Shown here piece after piece: positions 54,757 to 64,000 of a DNA stretch of 64,000 bases. Each line of letters starts with the position of its first letter. Position 1 is the first letter of the stretch. This DNA comes from Eledone cirrhosa (Eukaryota), in assembly GCA_964016885.1 (NCBI GenBank), contig OZ024741.1, positions 322,152,001 through 322,216,000 on the forward strand, given 5' to 3'. Made by a program: the position numbers and the translations under genes. Under the pieces are notes generated by a model. It searched no databases. It was not told where the DNA came from and saw nothing but the letters and a program-made list of their open reading frames with translations.

Positions 54757-55450
54757 GTCCCCCACCTACCCCCCACTCTCCTGAGCGTGAAATTAATAAA
54801 CATTTATTGTACTGCCTCTCTGTTTTGTCCCTATTCAAATTTTTACATTATATATAATTGTTTCTACTTTTGGCACAAGGCCTGCAATTTCCCAGTGTAT
54901 TACTGGTACTTTATTTTATCGACCCCGTAAGGATGAAAGGCAAAGTTAACCTCGGCGGGATTTGAACTCAGAATGGCAAGGGCCGTAACTCTATGCGTCA
55001 AAGCATGGCGTCCGACCCTCTACCGATACTGCCAAATACACGCTCACACGGCTTCCATCCTTGGAACATAACTTAACAACCGGCTCAACCCCGATCTAAT
55101 CCGCCGTGACCTTTCTCCGAACTTTACACACCTTCCCACACTTGGTCTTTCCTTCCACGCATTACCTCTGTTTGATTTTGTTACCGTACATTTTTTTTCC
55201 GTATAAGATTCTTTGCCTGTGTTCTTACAATTGTATTTCTATGATTTTTTGTTCACGGTTGCCTGTGTTTTTACCTTTATGATTTTTTGTCTTTAATTTT
55301 CCTGTGTTTACTCCCCCCTCCCTACGTTTTTCTGTTTCATTTTCCCTTCCCCGTCTCTGCCTATCCTTCGCACTCACCCTTTCGTTCACTCCACCCCGCT
55401 TCACACCCCTGCCCTCTCATCCCTCCCCCTGCTTTCACCCAACGCCCATC

Positions 55451-57904
55451 ATGCCCAACCTGAGATCCTTTCTCCACCAACTACACAATCGCCTCAAACT
55501 TTTCCAGACCCCCCTCCTCCCACCCTGCTATCTCCCCTCCGCCCTTCAACTCTCCTACCTTCTCTTCGCCAAAACCCGGCACTCCAGCCACATCCATTTC
55601 CTCAGCCACTGCCTCCGCCTCCACCTTATCCCCCTCGGCTTCCGTCTACACTTCCACCCCTCCCCCGCCGCTTCCCCCTCCACGCAACGTATCCTCACCC
55701 GATCCTCACGCCTCCTGATGCGCAACTCCATCCGCGCCTCCCGTTCCACCCTCCGCCTACTTGACCACCAACTGACCCCCACCCTCCTCCGCCTTTACTC
55801 CACCTGCCACCCCCTCCTCGCCCAAGCCATCCTCTCCTTCATCCACAACCTCGACCACCACCTCTTCTCGTTCCTCAGCTCCACCAAAGCCCGCAAGCTA
55901 CACTCACTCCCCCCCCCCCCCATCCACCACCACCCGCCCATCCCCATACGCCCACCACTCTCCACCTCTCCATCGACCCCCCCCCCCCCACCCAATCTCC
56001 ACCCTCCACCTCATCCCCCCAAACACCCAAACTCCACCCCTTGTTGTCACCATACCCCCTGACCTCCCCCACTCCTCACCTGAGCGCTCACTCCTTAGTA
56101 GAGGCCTTCGCTTCATACCCCACACTCCGCACAGCGACGAGTTCCGCATCCGAACGGAAGTCGAGCGATTCGTGCGACGCACTAAGCTACAGGCACATTT
56201 CGGCCGAACGCCACCGGCTCCGGACGCCCCAGACCCGTTTATCGCCCTGGGCCGACGACCATCTTCTTGGACGCCGGCCCCAGGGCAATTTAGCACCCTG
56301 GACGCCTTCGTCGATGCTAGCCGTAGCGCAGTAAATCGTTTCGACTTCCGCCACCGTTCCAAACGGCACAATATCTCACGGGGCGAACTCCTCGCTCTCC
56401 GCTCCCTCCGTAGCCGAGATGGCATCGTCATCAAACCGGCTGACAAGGGAGGCGCCGTGGTGGTATGGCGCGCGGACCTCTACACGGCCGAAGCCCTCAG
56501 GCAGCTCTGTAACCCCCTCTTTTACCGCCCTCTACCCTCCGATCCCACCCCCCTCTACCAACAACAAGTCTCCTCCACCATCAAAGACCTTATCGCCTCC
56601 TCCTCCCCCCCCCGCTTCCCACCTCATCTTCCGCACCCCCCGCACCCCCACCATCTACTTCCTCCCCAAACTCCACAAACCCGACAACCCCGGCCGCCCC
56701 ATCGTCTCCGCTTGCAACTGCCCCACCGAACTCATCTCCGCCTTTCTCGACTCCCTCCTCGCCCCCCTTGTCACCACCCTCCCCTTCCACATCTCCGACA
56801 CCAACCACGCCCTGCGCCTTTTCGACTCCTTCACCTACCTACCCGGCCCACAGCCCTTCCTCTTCACCCTAGACATCAAGTCCCTCTATACAGTCATCCC
56901 CCACGCCGACGGCCTTCGCGCCCTCAAACACTACCTCGACCTTCGCCCCTCCCCCATTCCCTCCACCCCCACCCTCCTTCGCCTCGCCGAGCTGGTCCTC
57001 ACCCTAAATTGTTTCTCATTCTCGGGTGAGTTTTACCAACAGGTCACGGGGGTAGCCATGGGCACAAGAATGGGCCCGAACTATGCCAACCTTTTTGTTG
57101 GCCATGTTGAGGCCCAAATCTTTGCCCAGTACACCGGCCCCACGCCCGAACTGTACGGTCGTTACATTGACGACTGTATCGGAGCCACGACCCTCACCCG
57201 AGAACAGCTCGACTCCTTTCTCTCCTTCTTCTGCTCCTTCCACCCCTCCCTCCACTTCACCACCTCTATCTCCACCACCCACGTCTACTTCTTAGACATC
57301 TCCGTCGCCTTCGATCCCTCCCACCACTCCCTCGTCACCTCCGCCTTCTTCAAACCCACCGACTCCCACTCCTACCTCGACTTCACCTCTTCCCACCCCA
57401 CACACACTAAATACTCTATTCCCTACTCCCAACTCCTCAGGATCAGCCGCCTCTGTAGCCGAGATGCTGACTTTGAGTCCCAGGCCCTTTCCCACGCTCT
57501 GTTCCCCCCCCCGGTTCCTTTCCCTGTTCTAGGCCCCGCTGCAACACCTGTCCCCACATCACCAACACCACCACCTTCCAGGGTCCCAACGGCCACTCTC
57601 TCTCGGTCCGGCATGCCTTCCGCTGCACCTCCTCCAACCTAGTCTACGGACTTATGTCGGACAGACGGGACGTCGCCTGGCGGACCGAGTCACGGAACAC
57701 CTCCGGGATATTCGTCTCGGGGGCAGTTCCCCCATCGCCCGCCACTTTGGTGGCCCTGGACACTCCGCACGCCATCTCACAGTCTGTGGCCTACTCCAGT
57801 GCCACGGAACACCCGCCCATCGCCTTACGGTCGAACAACGAACTATCTTCATCTTACAGACCCACACTCCCCCCGGCCTGAACTCCCCACCCTTATTCCT
57901 TTAG
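55451..57904 (+). pseudogene. PLE RT plus GIY-YIG endonuclease ORF, frameshifted and internally deleted
   Basis: IKPADKGGAVVVW, YFLPKLHKPDNPGRPIVS, LDIKSLYT, QVTGVAMGTRMGPNYANLF, RYIDD, FLD, KPTDSHSYL; then CSRPRCNTC, NLVYG, YVGQTGRRLADRVTEH...GLN and TAG at 57902-57904. Confidence 0.92.
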
Positions 57905-59419
57905 CCTTCGACCGCCCCCCTCCCCCCCACACTTATCCCCCACTAACACCACTAACACACCCCTCCTTTTCACCGCCCACCCCACACTAACAATACTAAC
58001 ACCTCCACTCCACCCCTCATCTGACCACCCTTCCCCAACTAACATACTAACATCCCTTCCCTCCCCTCTTCTCCTCCTCCCCCCTCCTTATCACACGCAC
58101 ACACCCACCGGCACATATATACACGCGCTCACACTAAACACACACCCTACTACCACCACTAACCCTCACCCCACACCTCTCACCCCCACACCTCCATCCC
58201 ACCACCCCGCAACTAACCTCACTAACACCCCCTAACCCCAAGCACACGAACACACGCACCCACTTACACCACCCACCCCACACGTAACTAACATCACTAA
58301 CACCCCTCAACCCCACGCACACGTACCCACACACCCTCGTACACCACCAACTCTACACACCCTACCACCACTAACCCCCACTCACACCTGCATTCAACCC
58401 CTCCCCACCTCCCGTATACTAACACCCACTAACACCTCTTCATCAAACTACACACACACCAGTACACCACACTCCCTCCATAGAACCACGCACACCCTTC
58501 TCTCCCCGCTCCACCCACACCCTCGCTCCACACTCACTCATCCCACTAACACCCCTACTAATACACACACACACACACACCCTCCTCACTCCAACTTTCA
58601 CACCTACCCATCCTCGCCCCCTTACCATTCCACCGACTGCTGCTATGCCCTCTGACCACTTCCCAGCACCAACAGACCACAGCACTCCCACTGCTGAACA
58701 CTTCCTGTTGCGCGCGCACCCCACATCTCTCCTCTTCCGACCACCGCTTCATGGATTACCCACACGCAGAAATTGACTTACAACCAATCCACTAAACATC
58801 CTTGGAACTTACCAACTTTTCAACCATCCTCTTCCGTAATCACCTATATAACTCACCCACACACACACCCCCAACATTTTTTTTTCTCCACACGCCACCC
58901 ACACCCACAACACGCTTAAACCCCACACACACGTGCTTCCCACCACATATTTACACCCTCAGCCTCCTGATTCCTCTCCCCCCCCCACCCCCTATCCACA
59001 CACGCACAGACACTCCGACCCACAAAAACACCCCCCACACACACCTCTTCCTGAACATGCAACCCCGTTCTTCCCCCAACCCTTACTTTCACATACACAC
59101 ACACACACGCACACCTACACACACACACCACCTTCAGCCCTCCCCGCTCGGACACCCTGTCTCCCTCTCCCCACTCCACACGCCACGACCCCTACTCACC
59201 CCACACCCTTCCACCACTTGTTTACCCCCCTTTTAATTTCAGTTTATTTTGATCATGCCTTTATTTTTAAATTTTCTCATTCCTTGTATTTTGATCATGC
59301 TTTATTTTTATTTTTTATCTTTATTTGTTATTTTTTCATTCGCACCGTTTCCTTTCGCTATATGTCTCTCCACCACTCCCCTACACACCTTTTGAACTCT
59401 GTTCCCACACACTTCTCAC

Positions 59420-59447
59420 CTGAGGAAGGGCTTATGCCCGAAACGTC
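59420..59447 (+). ncRNA. Minimal hammerhead core in the 3' pLTR
   Basis: Identical to 54729-54756. Confidence 0.8.
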
Positions 59448-59537
59448 GTCCCCCACCTACCCCCCACTCTCCTGAGCGTGAAATTAATAAACATTTATTG
59501 TACTGCCTCTCTGTTTTGTCCCTGTTCAAATTTTTCC

Positions 59538-59576
<39 letters not shown>

Positions 59577-59933
59577 CTCTCTCTCATCTACGATTTCACC
59601 GAACTTACGTTCACCGAATTCACAGACTAGATCCCTACTTTCTCGCGTTAGACCTGTACCTTCCTTGCTCACATTCCAACCAGGTTTGATGGTCTTTATT
59701 CTCTCTCGTTCACGATTTCACTGAATTTAAATTCATAGAAATTTGGGACTTGACTCCTTCTTCCTCATTTTTCGTTGCTTCACCATCTTTGTTTGTTTAC
59801 ACTCGTGTCCCCTTTATTTACGTGTCCCAACGACTTTTTTTAGCCGTTGCTCGCACCAACCGGAGGTATATGGTCTTTAAAGCGATGAAATACCAATGAT
59901 GGTTGGAAGATCACTGATGAAGGACTAACTTTA

Positions 59934-59982
<49 letters not shown>

Positions 59983-59996
59983 CTACACACACACAT

Positions 59997-60048
<52 letters not shown>

Positions 60049-60182
60049 TAGTAATAGCTGTATCCTCTTTCTGTTCAGGCATTCCTTGCAGCAATTACAA
60101 AAGAAAACGTGAAATGAAGCAACAACAGAAAATTACAACATAAAACAAAATCAACAGCAACAACAACAGCAACAGCAACAGC

Positions 60183-60218
<36 letters not shown>

Positions 60219-60495
60219 AACGTAAGAACAAAACAAAAACAAAATAGTAAAAAACAAAAAAAATAATAATAGATAGAAAATCGAGAAATAATGGAGACTA
60301 ATGACCTGGAAGAACAAAAGATCTAATTCTATTACAAGCGGTACTCTATTTCGGATTTAGTTATATTTCAAGTGGTTTCTTAGATATTTTTGAGGAGTTT
60401 GACTCTAGTGCAAAGCTATGCGGCTATGTACGTTTGCATCATGTAGATATGCAAAACATGGATTATAAAGCATCTTTCTCTGTCCCTGTCCCGCC

Positions 60496-60608
<113 letters not shown>

Positions 60609-60980
60609 ATTGTTTCTACTTTAGGCACAAGGCCAGCAATTACCCAGTGCATTACTGGTACTTTATTTTATCGACCCCGTAAGGATGAAAGGCAAAGTCA
60701 ACCTCGGCGGGATTTGAACTCAGATCGTAAAGGGACGTAACTATGCTGGAAAGCATGGCGTCCGACCCTCTACCGATACTGCCAATCCACCGAGGGAAGT
60801 GTGGTAAGGAACCAGATGCACCATAACGCACCAGAGTACTCAATACTTAGGGTAGTAGGGTGGGTAATAGGAAAATGTTCAACTACGAAGTAAGAGCGCA
60901 AGCCGTTTCGACGGCTATTAGCCGTCGAAACGGCTTGAACTCTGCCGTCGGGGTTGAATATTTTCGAATATATATATATT

Positions 60981-61025
<45 letters not shown>

Positions 61026-61047
61026 CTATATATATATATATATATAT

Positions 61048-61151
<104 letters not shown>

Positions 61152-61217
61152 CTTTCCTATATATATATATATATAGTTTTGCGAGGTTTTTTATATGAAA
61201 TCGTGTGTCGAAACAAA

Positions 61218-62347
61218 TATTGTTATACTTGGGGAGAGTCATATTTGTGTAATATTGCCAGAATTAATAACAGAACACACTCACTGTTTGGTTGGTTTTC
61301 GCTTTTCGCTTCTGTGTCTTTTATATCGGTAATCTAATTTATTCGGTCCTCAAGCCAGGAACCACCATAAAATCCCTGATCAGCAAAACATACCCTTTTA
61401 AGAAAACCCACTGTACTAATATGAAATGTATCATATGTAAAGTAAACGTCCGGATAAACTGTAAAACTAGAAACGTAGTCTATAGCATAAGATGTACAGA
61501 GGGTATTTGCAGAAACATGACAACAACATACATAGGCGAGACAGCTCGTAGCATAGGTGAAAGGATAGACCAACACTGAGGGGTACTAAAAGGACGAAAA
61601 AACGGTTCAGTACTATACGAACATGCCAGACAACAACACGACGGTAACATAGACAACATAGAAATTAGAATAATATCTAAACATAGAAATGACCCAGCAG
61701 ATAGGCAAATCAGAGAGGCCAGTGAAATAGAACTTAGAAGGCCAAGACTAAACAGAAAGAATGAATGGAATAACAACAACACCCAAACAAACAACACTGA
61801 CCCATGAGAAGTATAAATAAATAAATAAATAAATAGATAAATAAATAAATAAATACATGCACAATCACAATAACAACAAACACATATAAACACACACTAG
61901 AGAAGATAGAATACATTAACCGATACACAATCACCCAATCACGAACACACATCAAACAAAACACTATACACACACGCAAACGCATTCGCAAAGAAGACAA
62001 AATAAAATAAACAAACAAACAAATAAATAAATAAATATATAGACAGACTAAATAAAAATGGCGTAGACATACAATGTAACGGGAGGAAACAATAGCACAA
62101 CTGACGATGTTGCAGATGTGCAACGAAAGAACTTTGATAAACTATATATATGTGTTTGTGTCTATATTGTATCTGTAGTATTTTTTGACCGTTGGTCAGT
62201 CAATAGCAACATTGAGGACCGAATAAATTAGATTACCGATATAAAAGACACAGAAGCGAAAAGCGAAAACCAACCAAACAGTGAGTGTGTTATGTTATTA
62301 ATTCTGGCAATATTACACAAATATGACCCTCCCCAAGTATAACAATA
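61218..62347 (+). mobile_element. 5'-truncated PLE of a third family (GIY-YIG about 61346-61807) with inverted terminal repeat and hammerhead-like motif
   Basis: CIIC...NCKTRNVVYSIRC...YIGETARSIGERIDQH*...RQIREASEI...LNRKNEW; arms 61218-61352/62212-62347; CTGACGA-TGTTGCA-GATG-TGCAAC-GAAAG at 62101-62129. Confidence 0.85.
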
Positions 62348-62352
62348 TATAC

Positions 62353-62441
<89 letters not shown>

Positions 62442-62443
<2 letters not shown>

Positions 62444-62705
62444 ATTGATATTAAATAAATGGAAACTATATTTATAAAACCATATTTATTCTATTATCTT
62501 TTATAAAACATTTTGTATTTTATCTGATGATAGCGTACCAAACTTTTTGGTACCCTTGAAATATATATAATAGAATAAATATGGTTTTATAAATATAGTT
62601 TCTATTTATTTAATATCAATTGTATACTTACTCCAGAAACTTGTCGAGTGCTTTGAATCAGTTATAAACATCTATATTTGTTGGATTTCCAACAAATTAA
62701 ATATC
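62442..62705 (+). mobile_element. Short hammerhead module with an inverted 5' arm; diverged relative at about 19900-20130 (-)
   Basis: HHR 62516-62577 TATTTTAT-CTGATGA-..GTACCAAA/TTTGGTAC..-GAAA-TATAT-ATA-ATAGAATA; arms 62442-62496/62568-62622. Confidence 0.78.
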
Positions 62706-62723
62706 TCTCACACACACACACAC

Positions 62724-62874
<151 letters not shown>

Positions 62875-63121
62875 CTATATATATATATATATGTCTAGTC
62901 AATTTGTACGGGCTAAAAGAAATAACTAGGTAAACTTTATCTGGCTGTCCCTCGCGGAAGATAGCCTGTATCATTTGTCTATTATTTCTTCATAGTAACA
63001 TTTTAAACTTATAGCCTCGTTTAAATGATTATTTATGTGGTTGATTTATACGGACTAGGGAGAGGAAATACTGTATATATTTTATCAAATAGTTCTTCAA
63101 ACTTGCAATTTTATATATATA

Positions 63122-64000
63122 CTAGCAACAGTACCCAGCGTTGCCTGGGTAGGTAAAATAATATCTGCTTTGACGAAAAGGTGTTGATCTTAGCGAATGC
63201 TTCTCGACGACTCATCTATGGCCACACACAGGCCATGCGGGGGAGGGTGGTGATGACCTCTATCACTGAGAAACGCGGGTGACTGACGAAGGGGCGCCGT
63301 TTTCCGACAAATTTTGTTACTCTTCTTCGGAGATATTATCTAAAGAATAGTTTAAACACATCTGCAATAGCACCCATGAAAGAGATTAATGCAAAGAACA
63401 GTATAGCCGGATTGTACAAAGTAACCATTTATCGCAGACGTAAAAAGTTAAAGAATTATCGTTGACACCCGGTTGTAGTAGATGTGAATAGTGTGAACTG
63501 AGATGAACGGAGTCCAAGTAGGAATAAAACCTGGTTGGAAATTTATGAGCTGGCGAGTTTCTTGAAAATCGGTCGTAAGGTGTAGCAAATGGCACAATGT
63601 TGAGTGAAATCGTATGGAATATGTGGGAGGTGGAAAAAAATCATATTTTGAAGAGTTAAACGGCTGCCACGCCGTCTCTGAACAAAAAATGCAAAGTGTA
63701 AAGCTACTATAAGATATGCAATGATAGGTTCTATCGTAGTATAAAAGTTGAACCAAATAAATTGATTTATGTGTGAGGTGGAGCCGAAGTTTCGAATTTG
63801 AACGAAATCGGTTGAAAAATGTGGGAGCTAGAGCCGAAAAGGCGGAAATTTGAGCGAAAAGTTGGTATTTTCGAATATTTAAGCGGCTTCCACGCCGTTC
63901 CTGATGCAAAATATAAATCGATTATAGGATGTCCAATGATAAATTCTATTTTGCTTTAAAATTTGAACGAATTCGGTGGCAAAATGTGGGAGCTAGAGCC
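63122..64000 (-). mobile_element. 3' end of a non-autonomous Helitron-like element extending beyond the window
   Basis: Minus strand hairpin ACCCAGGC-AAC-GCTGGGT followed by CTAG|T; internal subrepeats (AAAATGTGGGAGCTAGAGCC twice). Confidence 0.7.

Larger units (their letters stand above)
54105..59541 (+). mobile_element. Near full-length Penelope-like retroelement (Neptune-like) with direct pseudo-LTRs
   Basis: Direct repeats of about 745 bp (54105-54850, 58793-59541) flank an RT plus GIY-YIG reading frame; both ends lie in (TA)n. Confidence 0.93.

Noticed and set aside
54114-54784. Pro/His/Thr-rich ORFs duplicated at 58802-59475
   Set aside because: By-product of the C-rich, stop-poor pLTR; no recognisable domain.
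61577-61579. In-frame TGA in an otherwise open GIY-YIG frame as possible selenocysteine (known in Naiad PLEs)
   Set aside because: Single TGA at a non-Cys position after the conserved His in a C-terminal-EN, 5'-truncated copy; no SECIS identified. A point mutation is simpler.

Overview
AT-rich, microsatellite-saturated eukaryotic DNA. The repeat content (tRNA/CORE SINEs, RTE LINEs, (TA)n/(CA)n/(GA)n tracts) suggests a cephalopod such as Octopus, which is an inference. The only host gene recognised is the first coding exon of a TASK-type two-pore K+ channel (KCNK9/KCNK3-like, minus strand, 6449-6731). Most long ORFs in the track are microsatellite artefacts. The rest is mobile DNA: an uninterrupted gag-like LINE ORF1 that the ORF track missed (1558 to the left edge), several RTE LINE fragments, three different Penelope-like elements (PLEs), two Helitrons, a Tc1/mariner relic, MITEs and a Gypsy LTR fragment. 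The most striking signal is about two dozen hammerhead-ribozyme (HHR) motifs read directly from the sequence. Most sit in small non-coding fold-back or tandem modules piled into (TA)n tracts. One module has a clean 12-bp target-site duplication and stem covariation. This suggests several families of non-autonomous ribozyme retroelements mobilised by PLEs. All coordinates were counted by hand and may be off by a few bases.
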